Part shown: positions 1 to 10,129 of the stretch, in pieces
How positions within the stretch are numbered: the stretch's first letter is position 1
Layout of the letters: every line of letters starts with the position of its first letter
Assembly: GCA_016194285.1 (NCBI GenBank)
Contig: JACQBZ010000020.1
Span: forward strand, 1,994-65,993
DNA: 64,000 nt
From: Nitrospirota bacterium
GTDB taxonomy: Bacteria > Nitrospirota > Nitrospiria > JACQBZ01
Reading direction: 5' to 3'
Translations under genes and position numbers: made by a program
Notes under the pieces: model-generated
Database searches by the model: none
The model's input: only the letters and a program-made list of their open reading frames with translations
What the model was told of the DNA's origin: nothing

Positions 1-1
1 C

Positions 2-298
2 GACTTCTCCGAGATCTTCGCGCGGCAGATCGAGGCGCTGGGACAAAAAGGCGACATCGCGATCGCGATCTCGACCTCCGGAAAATCGCCCAACGTTTTA
101 AAAGCCGTCGAGACCGCCCGAGCGATCGGGATGGCCACGATCGGGTTCACCGGCGGCGACGGCGGGCCGTTGGCAAAGCGGGTCGAACACGCCTTCATCG
201 TTCCCTCGAAGGTCACGGCCCGCATCCAGGAAACCCATATCACGCTGGGCCACGTGATCTGCGGCCTGGTCGAAGAGGCCTTCACGGAACAACCGTGA
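2..298 (+). CDS. gmhA: Phosphoheptose isomerase, 5'-truncated by window edge
   Basis: Manual frame-2 translation: ...FARQIEALGQKGDIAIAISTSGKSPNVLKA...FTGGDGG...TARIQETHITLGHVIC; SIS-domain GmhA motifs; TGA at 296-298 overlaps next GTG. Confidence 0.93.
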   Translation, partial: DFSEIFARQIEALGQKGDIAIAISTSGKSPNVLKAVETARAIGMATIGFTGGDGGPLAKRVEHAFIVPSKVTARIQETHITLGHVICGLVEEAFTEQP

Positions 299-1263
299 AC
301 AAAAAGAAAAAAACACCAGATGACCTGATCGACTTCTCCGGCGTCCGGACCTATCCGCTCAAAAGCCGCAAGAGCAAGGTCTCGATCCAAGAATTCGCCC
401 GGCCTTATCGGGGCAAGGACCGGATCACGCCGTTCATCGATTCCCTGCCGGACATCCTCGCCGCCAAGGATCTTAAGGCCGTGATCGAGGCCGTCGTCCA
501 GGCCTACAGAAACAAGCGCCCGGTCATCGTCGGCATGGGCGCCCACCTGACGAAGGTCGGGCTGAACCCGATCCTGATCGACCTGATGGAACACGGCGTG
601 ATCTCGGCCATGGCCGTGAACGGGGCCGTGATCATCCACGACTTCGAGCTGGCCATGGCCGGGAAGACTTCCGAAGACGTTGAGGAGCAGCTCGGCAGCG
701 GCGCGTTCGGCATGGCCGAGGAGACCGGACGCGATCTCAACGAGGCGATCATCAAGGGCGTCCAACAGGGCCTCGGGATCGGGGCGGCCGTCGGGCAGTG
801 GCTCAATCATTCCGACGCGCCGAACAAAAAGTACAGTCTCCTGGTAACCGCAAACCGACTGGGGATCCCGGTCACGGCCCATGTCGCGATTGGTACGGAC
901 ATCATCCATATGCATCCGTCCGTCAGCGGGGCCGCGCTGGGCGAGGGATCGCTGCTCGATTTCAAACGCCTCTGCTCGGTCGTGGCACAACTGGAAGGCG
1001 GCGTCTATCTCAATATCGGCTCGGCCGTGATCCTGCCCGAGGTTTTCTTAAAAGCCCTGACGCTGGTTCGGAATCTCGGCCATACGGTTGATCGTTTCAC
1101 GACCGTGAATCTCGACTTCATCCAGCAGTATCGGCCCCTGACCAACGTCGTCCGCCGCCCGACCCAGAAAGGGGGAAAAGGCTACTCGCTCATCGGCCAT
1201 CACGAGATCATGGTGCCGCTGCTGGCGGCCGGGATTATCGAGCGGATCCGTCGATCATCATGA
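295..1263 (+). CDS. Conserved hypothetical protein, deoxyhypusine-synthase-like fold
   Basis: 322 aa ORF coupled to gmhA and rfaE2; segments MGAHxxKxG, NGAxxIHDFE, [25 protein letters not shown] resemble DHS-like NAD-binding proteins (by eye). Confidence 0.6.
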   Translation: MNKKKKTPDDLIDFSGVRTYPLKSRKSKVSIQEFARPYRGKDRITPFIDSLPDILAAKDLKAVIEAVVQAYRNKRPVIVGMGAHLTKVGLNPILIDLMEHGVISAMAVNGAVIIHDFELAMAGKTSEDVEEQLGSGAFGMAEETGRDLNEAIIKGVQQGLGIGAAVGQWLNHSDAPNKKYSLLVTANRLGIPVTAHVAIGTDIIHMHPSVSGAALGEGSLLDFKRLCSVVAQLEGGVYLNIGSAVILPEVFLKALTLVRNLGHTVDRFTTVNLDFIQQYRPLTNVVRRPTQKGGKGYSLIGHHEIMVPLLAAGIIERIRRSS

Positions 1264-1769
1264 CCCGGACCTCCCGCCGTTTTTTATCCTCCTCCCGATC
1301 GAAGGTCAAGACCGTCCGCCGATTGAAACCAATCCTGGCCCGTCTCCGGAGACGGGGTGAACGGATCGTTTTCACGAACGGCTGCTTCGACCTGCTCCAT
1401 ATCGGCCATCTCCGATATCTCCAACGCGCTCGACGGCACGGCGACCGGTTGGTGGTCGCGATCAACAGCGATCGGTCGATGAAAAAGATCAAGGGCCCTC
1501 TCCGCCCGCTGCTTCCGCAGGCCGAACGGGCCGAGGTGCTCGCGGCCCTGTCCTGTGTGGACTACGTCACGGTTTTCGACGAGCCGGATCCTCTCGCGGT
1601 GATTACGGCACTACAACCGGATGTCTTGATCAAAGGCAGCGACTGGGGTCAAAATAGGATCATCGGCCGTGAGGTGGTCGAACGCCGCGGCGGCCGCGTC
1701 CGGCGGGTGCCGCTGGTCAAAGGCGTATCCACCACGCGGCTGATCGAAAAGATTTTAAAGACGCCGTAG
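1260..1769 (+). CDS. rfaE2: D-glycero-beta-D-manno-heptose 1-phosphate adenylyltransferase
   Basis: [14 protein letters not shown] (HIGH motif), [18 protein letters not shown]. Confidence 0.93.
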   Translation: MTRTSRRFLSSSRSKVKTVRRLKPILARLRRRGERIVFTNGCFDLLHIGHLRYLQRARRHGDRLVVAINSDRSMKKIKGPLRPLLPQAERAEVLAALSCVDYVTVFDEPDPLAVITALQPDVLIKGSDWGQNRIIGREVVERRGGRVRRVPLVKGVSTTRLIEKILKTP

Positions 1770-1819
1770 GGGCGCAATTGATTGCGCCCGAATTCGGGCG
1801 TGATGAATCACGCCCCTAC
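1766..1819. repeat. GTAG-type REP doublet (REPIN-like)
   Basis: GTAG-GGGCGCAAT-TG-ATTGCGCCC, GAATTC spacer, then inverted copy GGGCGTGAT-GA-ATCACGCCC-CTAC; the TAG is the rfaE2 stop. Confidence 0.7.
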
Positions 1820-1834
1820 AATTTTCCTATTTTT

Positions 1835-4800
1835 ATGAAACGGGCCGAACCCACAGAAACAAAAACCCCTTCATTCCTAAAGCCGCTCGTCGAGCCCACT
1901 CTTAAATTGGTCAGAGGCGGCCGTCGCCGGCTCGTCTTCTCCGGCCTGTGGGGCTCGGCCAAATCGGCCGTGATCGCCGGGATCGTGGATGAAACGAACC
2001 TTCCGTTCTTCGTCATCACCGCGACGGACGCGCAGGCTGAATCGTTTCATCAGGACCTGGTCTGCTGGTTTCAATGGCTGGGACGCCCGGCCGATGAGCC
2101 GATCCTGTTTCCATCCACAGAAATTCTTCCTTACGAGCTGACCGCCCCCCATCCCGACCTGATTCGCGAACGGATGCAGGCATTGTATGGGATGGCCCAG
2201 ACCGATCACGGCCGAGCCGGCCGGCCGATAATTTTGGTCGCTTCCGTCCCGGCCGCGATGCAGCGCGTGAGGACTCCCGCCTCGCTGCGCGAGTCCGTCC
2301 TCTCCCTGTCCACCGGACAATCGGCCGACCGGGACGGCCTGATCGAATCCTTGGTGGATCTCGGTTATTCCAACACCGACCGCGTCGAGCATCCAGGGGA
2401 ATTCAGCGTGCGGGGCGGGATCCTGGACCTTTTCTCAACCGCGGGCCACGAGCCGGTTCGAATTGAATGGGCGGGCGATCAGGTCGAGTCGATCCGGATT
2501 TTCGATCCCGAGACCCAGCTCTCGGCCGCGGCACAAACCCAAGTAGGGATTCTTCCGGCCCATGAACCGGACGATCAGGCCAACACCACGGTGATGGACT
2601 ACCTTCCTCCGGGAACGCGCTTGGTGCTGGATGAACCCGGCCAGATCCAGGACCTCATGGAAGAATTTGATTCCGAGGTCCGCTTGGCCCAGTCCTCCTT
2701 GCCGCCCGATCGGCGAACCGCTCTTCGACGCTATCTCACATCGGACGAGCTGAACCGGCATCTGCAATCGGGGCCGTCCATCCTTCTCGAAACAAGCCAT
2801 CTCGAAGCGGAATCGGACCGGGACCTGATTTCATTCTCGACACGCTCACCCGAAAGCCTCGGCCTGGGCGTCAGGGGAACACCGCTTTCCGCCGCGCTCA
2901 AGACGGCGGACGACTTAAGACGAAAGGCCCGCGTCATCTTCGTCGCCAAAACCACGGCCCAAAAAGACCGGATGATAGACCTGTTCCGTGAACATGATCT
3001 GCCAGCCGAGACGGGATCCGGTGCAACCTTCTTATCGCCCGCCGGGCCGGGTTCGACTCCTCCATTCACGATCGCGGTCGGCGCGCTTTCGTCGGGCTTC
3101 ATCGATCTTCAAAACCGCCTCGCCCTCCTGACGGATGAGGACCTCTTCGGCAAGACCGCCAAGCACCGCCCGGCGCCGAAACTCAAACGGGCTCAATTCC
3201 TTTCCTCGCTGGAGGACCTGGAGGATGGAGACTATCTTGTCCACGTTCAACACGGAATCGCACGCTACGAGGGTCTGAAACGGCTCTCGATCCAGGGCTA
3301 TGAAAGTGATTTTCTGATCCTCCGTTATCGGGGCGGTGACACCCTTTATCTCCCCGTCGACCGTCTGAACCTCGTCCAGAAATATACCGGCGTCGAAGGC
3401 CATCGCCCCAAACTGGATCGTCTCGGCGGCGTCACCTGGTCGCGAACCACGCGACGGGTCAAGAAGGCGGTTGAGATGATCGCGAAGGAGATCGTGGAAC
3501 TGTACGCCGTACGAGAGACGACCCCGGGCCATGGATTTTCAAAAAACCCGGCGCTCGCCCGTGAGTTCGACGCCGCCTTCGCCTACGAAGAGACCCCCGA
3601 CCAGCTCAAGGTGATCGAGGAGGTCCATCAGGACATGGAAGAGCCCCAGCCGATGGACCGGCTGATCTGCGGCGACGTCGGCTACGGGAAGACCGAGGTG
3701 GCGATGCGGGCTGCGTTCAAGGCGGTGATCGACGGGAAACAGGTCGCCGTCCTGGTGCCGACGACCTTGCTGGCGCAGCAACACGGGGAGACCTTCCGCG
3801 AACGGTTCGCGCCGTTTCCGGTCCGCGTCGAAACGCTCAGCCGGTTTCGCACCTCCAAGGAACAGAAGACGATCCTCTCGGATCTGTCCGCGGGGAAAGT
3901 GGACATCGTGATCGGGACCCACCGTCTCCTCCAAAAGGACATCGTCTTCCACGATCTCGGTCTGCTGATCGTGGATGAAGAACAGCGGTTCGGCGTCGGC
4001 CATAAAGAAAAACTCAAACAGCTCCGAAAGACGGTGGACACCTTGACCCTCAGCGCGACGCCCATCCCCCGAACGCTCCAGATGGCCCTGACCGGAATCC
4101 GCAAACTCTCGATCATTGACACGCCCCCGGCCGATCGTCTCGCCGTCCGGACCATCCTGACGCGTTTCGACCGTTCGGTGATCCGGAACGCCATTCTCCG
4201 GGAATTAGCGCGGGGAGGACAGGTCTTTTTCGTCCACAACCGCGTGCAGGACATCGAGCGGCTCGGCCAGTTCCTCCGCGAACTCGTCCCGGAGGCGAAG
4301 CTCGCGGTGGCGCACGGTCAAATGAACGGACGGGAATTGGAACAGGTGATGTGGAAATTCGTGCATCAGGAAACGAACGTTCTCCTGACCACGACGATCA
4401 TCGAATCGGGCCTCGACATCCCCACCGCCAACACCATTCTGATCAACGACGCCCACCGGTTCGGCTTGGCCGACCTCTATCAACTCCGGGGACGCGTGGG
4501 ACGGTCGGGGCATCAGGCCTTTGCCTATCTCCTCGTCCCGTCCGATCGCGGCCTGACCGAAGAAGCCCGGGCCCGCATTCAGGCGATCCAGGAGTTCTGT
4601 GAACTGGGCGCCGGTTTCCGAATCGCGGCGCGCGACCTGGAAATTCGGGGCGCCGGCAATTTCCTGGGCAGACAGCAGTCCGGCCATATCGCGGCGGTCG
4701 GGTTCGACTATTATCTTCAGTTGATCGAGGAATGCGTGCAGGAACTGAAAGGCAAACCGGCGGAAGCCGAGATCGAGCCGATCCTGAACCTGAAGGTTTC

Positions 4801-5215
4801 GGCCTTCATCCCTGAAAACTACATGGCAGACACCTATCAACGCCTCTCGGTCTATCGACGGCTCTCGGACGCCAAAACCGAATCCGATCTGGCCGCGTTC
4901 CGCACCGAATTGGAAGACCGTTACGGCGCCCTTCCGGAACCGGTTCAGCATCTGCTGCAGGCCGTCGAGATCAAGGCGCTGGCCCGGCGGCTGAAGATCC
5001 ACTCGCTCGATTCGAGGAGCGACGGGATTCAGATCGCCTTTGACCCGGCCCATCCGCTGACGGAGGCCCAGGTCCGTCGACTCCTGTCGGACGCTTCGGG
5101 ACGTCTCCGACTTGTTTCCGAATTCAGCGTCAAACTGCGGCTCAGCGAATCGGAACAGGCCGAATGGCCGACGCTCTTTTCGACCCTAAAAAATTACTTG
5201 CAAAGCCTGCTATAA
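1835..5215 (+). CDS. mfd: Transcription-repair coupling factor
   Basis: UvrB-like N-term, RID/CarD (VHVQHGIARY), GDVGYGKT, DEEQRFG, SATPIPRTL, QLRGRVGR, TRCF C-term; ATG 1835 preferred because track start 1778 lies inside the REP. Confidence 0.97.
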   Translation: MKRAEPTETKTPSFLKPLVEPTLKLVRGGRRRLVFSGLWGSAKSAVIAGIVDETNLPFFVITATDAQAESFHQDLVCWFQWLGRPADEPILFPSTEILPYELTAPHPDLIRERMQALYGMAQTDHGRAGRPIILVASVPAAMQRVRTPASLRESVLSLSTGQSADRDGLIESLVDLGYSNTDRVEHPGEFSVRGGILDLFSTAGHEPVRIEWAGDQVESIRIFDPETQLSAAAQTQVGILPAHEPDDQANTTVMDYLPPGTRLVLDEPGQIQDLMEEFDSEVRLAQSSLPPDRRTALRRYLTSDELNRHLQSGPSILLETSHLEAESDRDLISFSTRSPESLGLGVRGTPLSAALKTADDLRRKARVIFVAKTTAQKDRMIDLFREHDLPAETGSGATFLSPAGPGSTPPFTIAVGALSSGFIDLQNRLALLTDEDLFGKTAKHRPAPKLKRAQFLSSLEDLEDGDYLVHVQHGIARYEGLKRLSIQGYESDFLILRYRGGDTLYLPVDRLNLVQKYTGVEGHRPKLDRLGGVTWSRTTRRVKKAVEMIAKEIVELYAVRETTPGHGFSKNPALAREFDAAFAYEETPDQLKVIEEVHQDMEEPQPMDRLICGDVGYGKTEVAMRAAFKAVIDGKQVAVLVPTTLLAQQHGETFRERFAPFPVRVETLSRFRTSKEQKTILSDLSAGKVDIVIGTHRLLQKDIVFHDLGLLIVDEEQRFGVGHKEKLKQLRKTVDTLTLSATPIPRTLQMALTGIRKLSIIDTPPADRLAVRTILTRFDRSVIRNAILRELARGGQVFFVHNRVQDIERLGQFLRELVPEAKLAVAHGQMNGRELEQVMWKFVHQETNVLLTTTIIESGLDIPTANTILINDAHRFGLADLYQLRGRVGRSGHQAFAYLLVPSDRGLTEEARARIQAIQEFCELGAGFRIAARDLEIRGAGNFLGRQQSGHIAAVGFDYYLQLIEECVQELKGKPAEAEIEPILNLKVSAFIPENYMADTYQRLSVYRRLSDAKTESDLAAFRTELEDRYGALPEPVQHLLQAVEIKALARRLKIHSLDSRSDGIQIAFDPAHPLTEAQVRRLLSDASGRLRLVSEFSVKLRLSESEQAEWPTLFSTLKNYLQSLL

Positions 5216-5243
5216 TATGGTAGGAAACCCAGCGGGAGGCTGG

Positions 5244-6146
5244 ATGTTCAGGAGTCCATTACCAAGATTCGTGTTCATAACGGTAGGGTTATTGGCCTGC
5301 AACAAGTCGGCCACACCCGCCATTTCGACCCCGGATTCGACCCTGGCTCAGGTCAACGGAACACCGATTACGGTCGTCCAGTTTAATCAGAGATGGTCGC
5401 AGCTTCCCGAACCGGCCCGCGCGGCCTACGCCGGTCCAAACGGGAAAAAAGATTTCCTGAGTGAATTGATCACCCGCGAGCTGCTCCTTCAGAAGGCCCA
5501 TCAGATGAAACTGGACCAGGACAAAACCGTCGGAGAGCGCGTGGAATCCTTTAAAGAGCGGCTGTTGCTGGATACCACGCTTCATGAGCTGATCGAGAAA
5601 AAGGTCGAGGTATCGGAGGAGGAACTGACGGCCCAGTTCAACGCCCATCGAGACGCCCTTCCCCTGATCGAAGAGGCCCGGGCGAGTCACATTCTGGTCA
5701 AGACCGAATCCGAGGCCCGGGCCTTGCTGGGCCGGCTGCGCCGGGGCGCCGATTTCGCCGCCCTGGCCAAAGCCCACTCGATGGATCCCGCCACCAAGGA
5801 CAAGGGAGGCGATCTGGGCCTCTTGCGTAAAGGCCGGGTGCTTCCGGAGTTCGAGAAGGTCGTTTTCGAAATGAAGCCCGGTCAGATCAGCGACGTGGTC
5901 CGAACATCATACGGCTATCACATCATCCGCGTTCAAAGCCGGCGCACCCCAAAACCGCTCTCGGTCGACGACGTGCGGGACGAGCTCCGTGAACAAATCA
6001 TCAAAGACAAAGAAACGGCCCTGTTCGATGCGCTCGTTAAAACATTACGGGCCGAATCCAACATCGTGATTTCGGAGTCCCGGCTGGCCTCCATCGGAGA
6101 AGATGTCACAAAGAACCATGACCCCGCGTCCACGGCTCAACACTAA
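5244..6146 (+). CDS. PpiC/parvulin-type peptidyl-prolyl isomerase (lipoprotein-like)
   Basis: ARASHILVK, DFAALAKAHSMD, GGDLG, YGYHII; GGGAGG RBS before ATG 5244; TGC-TATAAT at 5208-5216. Confidence 0.85.
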   Translation: MFRSPLPRFVFITVGLLACNKSATPAISTPDSTLAQVNGTPITVVQFNQRWSQLPEPARAAYAGPNGKKDFLSELITRELLLQKAHQMKLDQDKTVGERVESFKERLLLDTTLHELIEKKVEVSEEELTAQFNAHRDALPLIEEARASHILVKTESEARALLGRLRRGADFAALAKAHSMDPATKDKGGDLGLLRKGRVLPEFEKVVFEMKPGQISDVVRTSYGYHIIRVQSRRTPKPLSVDDVRDELREQIIKDKETALFDALVKTLRAESNIVISESRLASIGEDVTKNHDPASTAQH

Positions 6147-7104
6147 GCCGTTCTGTTTGTACGCCGTGGTTGTACTGTGCATCGGCTGTGGGAAGACCAG
6201 CGTTCTTCCTTCCTCGCCGATCGTCGCGATGATCGATGAGGACAGCATCAGTCGTGACGAGTTCAGAGCCGCTTTTATGGAGGCCAAGATCGAGGGCGCG
6301 ATCGACGAAAACAGCGAATCCGTCAAGGAACTCAAGCGGAACCTGCTCAACGAGCTGATCGAGCAACGCCTGTTTCTGGCCGAGGCCGGAAGGCTGAAGC
6401 TGGAGGTCGGCGCAGACGAACTGCAGCAAGCCGTCGACCGGATCAAAGGAGATTACGCGGCCGGAGAGTTTGAGGCCATGCTTCAGAAGCAGCAAACCAC
6501 CTTTGAACAATGGAAGGAGCGCCTTCGAAAGGAACTCTTGAGTCAGAAGGTCATCAATCAGGCCGTGCCTCAAAACATCCAGATCCCCGACGCGGAAGTT
6601 CAAAACTACTACAAACAGCACCCTAAGGATTTCGTGCGCCCGTACGAGGTCCGGGCGCGCCAGATCGTCGTGGCCAACGAGGAAACGGCCCAATCGATCC
6701 GCCTCCAACTGACGCAGGGGGCCGACTTCGCGTCGCTGGCGAAAACCCACTCCCTCAGCCCGGATAAAGAGCAGGGCGGTGACCTCGGTTATTTCACGAA
6801 GGGCGATATGCCGGAGGAATTTGATATCGTCTTCTCTCTGGGGGTCGGGAAGATCAGCCCGATCGTCAAAACCGCCTACGGGTATCATATCTTCAAGGTA
6901 GAGGAGCAGCATCCGGCCAAACCGATGACGCCGGCCGAGGTCGCGGAGAGAATTCGAGCCCAACTGACCCAAGAGCGGCGTGAACAGTCGTTCGCGGCCT
7001 GGGTCGCCCGTCTCAAAGAGAAGGCTCGGATTACGGTGAACTACCAGATCCTCTATCAACCGCTGGGGTTATCGGATTCACCCCCGGAGCCCGTCCATGA
7101 CTAA
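6103..7104 (+). CDS. SurA-N plus parvulin peptidyl-prolyl isomerase
   Basis: VRARQIVV, DFASLAKTHSLSPD, GGDLGYF, TAYGYHIFKV. Confidence 0.85.
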   Translation: MSQRTMTPRPRLNTKPFCLYAVVVLCIGCGKTSVLPSSPIVAMIDEDSISRDEFRAAFMEAKIEGAIDENSESVKELKRNLLNELIEQRLFLAEAGRLKLEVGADELQQAVDRIKGDYAAGEFEAMLQKQQTTFEQWKERLRKELLSQKVINQAVPQNIQIPDAEVQNYYKQHPKDFVRPYEVRARQIVVANEETAQSIRLQLTQGADFASLAKTHSLSPDKEQGGDLGYFTKGDMPEEFDIVFSLGVGKISPIVKTAYGYHIFKVEEQHPAKPMTPAEVAERIRAQLTQERREQSFAAWVARLKEKARITVNYQILYQPLGLSDSPPEPVHD

Positions 7105-8065
7105 GCGACTCTGGCGCATCGTCATTTCGGTCTTCCTTTTCATAGGCGGGGTCCAACCGTCGTTCAGCGACGCGGTGACCGTCGACCGGATCGCGGCCAT
7201 CGTTAACGGCGAGATCATCACCACATCCGACCTACAATCCGCCGCTGCCCGGGCCCGTCTCGGCTTACTGACTCTGGCGCCGGATGGAACGGCTTCCCAC
7301 AGGCCGTTTTCCGAACAGGAGGTCCTGGGACAATTGATCGATCAAAAACTTCAGCTGCAACTGGCCCGGAAGAAGGGCATCACGGTCGAACCGGATGAAA
7401 TCGAAAAAGCGGTGGAAGACGTGAAACAAAAAAACGGCCTGACCACCGATGCGGCCCTCCAAAAAGCGCTGCAGGAGGAACATTCCAGCCTCGACCAGTA
7501 CAAAAACGGACTGAAGGACCAAATCCTGATTCTCAAACTCGTGAATCGCGAAGTAAGGTCGGGTGTGATCCTCAGCGATCAGGATATCCGCGCGTACTAC
7601 GCGGAGCATCCGGAACGGTTTCGGGCTCCCTTGCAGTATCACCTCCATCAAATTTTCATCCCCCTATCAAAACCCGACGCATTGCCGATGTTCGATCAGA
7701 GCGTCGGGAATGCCGTCAATCAACTCAAAGGCGGCGCCGAATTCCAGGCCTTGGTCAAACAATACTCGCAGGGTTCGGATCGGAATAACGACGGCGACCT
7801 GGGGAACCTCAAGGCGGACCAGATGCTGCCGGAAGTGCGCCAGGCGGTCGAACATTTAAAACCCGGCGAGGTCAGTGAGCCGATCAAAACAGCCCTCGGG
7901 GCACATATCTTCCGATTGGATGAGATCATTCCGCCCAAACCCCGCCCGATCGAAGAGGTCAAGCCGGAAATTCAGGAGCTTTTATTTCAGGAGCGTTCGG
8001 CCGAATTATATGAGAAGTGGCTGAAAGATTTGCGGGCCGGCGCACAGGTCGATGTCAAGTATTAG
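7097..8065 (+). CDS. surA: SurA-like periplasmic chaperone/PPIase
   Basis: Signal peptide, DRIAAIVNGEIIT SurA N-term, HLHQIFI, GDLG, GAHIFRL. Confidence 0.8.
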   Translation: MTKRLWRIVISVFLFIGGVQPSFSDAVTVDRIAAIVNGEIITTSDLQSAAARARLGLLTLAPDGTASHRPFSEQEVLGQLIDQKLQLQLARKKGITVEPDEIEKAVEDVKQKNGLTTDAALQKALQEEHSSLDQYKNGLKDQILILKLVNREVRSGVILSDQDIRAYYAEHPERFRAPLQYHLHQIFIPLSKPDALPMFDQSVGNAVNQLKGGAEFQALVKQYSQGSDRNNDGDLGNLKADQMLPEVRQAVEHLKPGEVSEPIKTALGAHIFRLDEIIPPKPRPIEEVKPEIQELLFQERSAELYEKWLKDLRAGAQVDVKY

Positions 8066-8105
8066 GGAGAAACCGCAATAACCGTATGGCAAGGAGGGTG
8101 ACAGG

Positions 8106-8447
8106 ATGATTCGAATTGTGTGGACCGTATTGTTGATGACCGTGACCGGTTTGTCCCCGGTGTTCGCGGATGAGTTATTCGATGCGGACGCAGCGAAGCA
8201 ACATTTCAACACCGGTCTGGAGCTGTACTTCAAACAGGATTATAAAGCTGCGATCAAGGAGTTCGAGGCGGCTTCCGAAATCGATCCCGAAAACGCCAAT
8301 GCCTATTACTTCATGGGCTATTCATATTATAAACTGAAAGACATGAAGAAGGCCCGGGAGGTGTTTGACCAGGCGTATGAAGCGGATACGAAATACAGCC
8401 CCATACGAAAGTCTCCGACGGACCAAAAACCGCCGGCCCAAGAATAA
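8106..8447 (+). CDS. Secreted tetratricopeptide-repeat protein
   Basis: Signal peptide plus TPR pattern (AKQHFNTGLELY...NAYYFMGYSYY...AREVFDQA). Confidence 0.8.
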   Translation: MIRIVWTVLLMTVTGLSPVFADELFDADAAKQHFNTGLELYFKQDYKAAIKEFEAASEIDPENANAYYFMGYSYYKLKDMKKAREVFDQAYEADTKYSPIRKSPTDQKPPAQE

Positions 8448-8449
8448 AA

Positions 8450-10081
8450 TTACGATTTCTCACGGATAAGTTCCAAGAACAGTTCGACCAGATGAGGATC
8501 AAACTGAGTCCCGGCATTTTTCTTAAGTTCCCTTAAGGCATACTCCTTGCCGGGGGCTTTTCGATACACCCGGTCGAAGGTCATCGCATCATAAGCGTCC
8601 ACAAGGGCTACCACCCGCGCGCCCAAGGGTGTTTCTTCGCCCCGTAGCCCGTTTGGATATCCCTTTCCATCCCATCGTTCATGATCTCCCCGGACCAACG
8701 GGACAACCGGTTCCAGAAACTTGATGGGTTGGATGATCCGCGCCCCGAGGACCGGATGCTGTTTCATCACCTCATATTCTTCCGGAGTCAACTTGCCCGG
8801 CTTCTTTAAAATCGACTCCGGGATCCCGATCTTGCCGATGTCGTGGAGGATCGCCGCGTACTGAAGGACTTCCAGGTCGTTCTCCGAAAAGTCCAATCGT
8901 TTCCCGAGCATCAAGGCATGTTCCACCGTCCGATCGGAATGGCCCATGGTCTCCACGTCCTTGGTTTCCAGGGCCGAGGCCAGCGCCTTGATGGAGTCCA
9001 GGTTGGCCGTCTTTAATTGGTTTCCTTTGAATACAACCTCTTCAAACAGCCGGGCATTTTCAATGGCGCTGGCCATCTGACGAGCCACGGAATCGCACAA
9101 CCGGATTTTCTCGGGTGTGAAAGGATTCCGCTCCCAATGTCGAGCCTCGCCCAGAACCAACAGGCCCAGAAGGACACCTTTTTTTATCATGGGGCAGATT
9201 AAAAGAGACTGCAATTCCGCCAGATTTCCCGTAAAGAGCAGCCTCTCTACCGGCGAGCCGGCGGATTGGATCTCGACGCCGCGAAGCAGAAGGGGTTCTG
9301 AAGAAGTCAGGATTTCTTGGAAACATCTTGAATCGCCGGTCGCGCAGAAACGACCGATTTCAAAATCCCAATCGAGTTGTCTTTGAGGAAAAGCGGCCAT
9401 GACCATCAGGTGATGCTGTTGACGGTTGACCAAAAGAATCCGGCAGAAGGTGGCCTCCAGGCGTTGCGTGGCGATCTGTGCGGAGGTTTGAAGCAGCTCC
9501 TGAAGTTTTAGGGAGGAGGAAGTCGTCGTGGTGATCTCCAATAACAGGGACAGTTGATTGGTCCGCTGCTGGAGCTTTTCCAGATTCCGCTGTCGTTCCT
9601 CGCTGAGCTCCTTCAATTGCCGGATTCGCTCTTCCAAGTTTGCAACCAAGTTGACGCTGTGTTCTTTCAGGTAAACCTTTTCCTCTTCGGGACCCACACT
9701 TTCTTTTTGCCCTCCTAAAAAGGCTTCGACTTGAGACGCAAATGTTCGGATGTCGAGTGGCTTGGCAATGTAACCGTCGCAACCGGCCGTCAGGGTCCTC
9801 TCCCGGTCGCCCTTCATGACATTGGCGGTCAAGGCCACGATGGGAATTTTTTCCGTTCCCTTGGTGTTCTTGATTTTCGTGGCCGCGGCGTATCCGTCCA
9901 TATCCGGCAGGTTGATGTCCATCAGAATCAGGTCCGGGTGTTCGCTGCCGGCCACCTCGATTCCGGTCAGACCGTTCTCGGCCTCCAACACCTGATATCC
10001 CTTGGCCTCAAGGACCCTTCGGACCAAAAGGGTATTTTCCGGGTTGTCTTCCACGTAAAGGATCTTTCTTTTTGATTCCAT
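8450..10081 (-). CDS. Response regulator REC-GAF-HD-GYP (c-di-GMP phosphodiesterase)
   Basis: REC (ILYVEDN, LILMDINLP), coiled coil, GAF (LGLLVLG...QMASAIENARL), HDIGK, HERWDGKGYP, VDAYDAM. Confidence 0.9.
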   Translation of the reverse strand: MESKRKILYVEDNPENTLLVRRVLEAKGYQVLEAENGLTGIEVAGSEHPDLILMDINLPDMDGYAAATKIKNTKGTEKIPIVALTANVMKGDRERTLTAGCDGYIAKPLDIRTFASQVEAFLGGQKESVGPEEEKVYLKEHSVNLVANLEERIRQLKELSEERQRNLEKLQQRTNQLSLLLEITTTTSSSLKLQELLQTSAQIATQRLEATFCRILLVNRQQHHLMVMAAFPQRQLDWDFEIGRFCATGDSRCFQEILTSSEPLLLRGVEIQSAGSPVERLLFTGNLAELQSLLICPMIKKGVLLGLLVLGEARHWERNPFTPEKIRLCDSVARQMASAIENARLFEEVVFKGNQLKTANLDSIKALASALETKDVETMGHSDRTVEHALMLGKRLDFSENDLEVLQYAAILHDIGKIGIPESILKKPGKLTPEEYEVMKQHPVLGARIIQPIKFLEPVVPLVRGDHERWDGKGYPNGLRGEETPLGARVVALVDAYDAMTFDRVYRKAPGKEYALRELKKNAGTQFDPHLVELFLELIREKS

Positions 10082-10129
10082 CGAGTTCCTCCTTTCAGCT
10101 CTGCACGGCCCGTCTTGGGCCGTCGAGTT

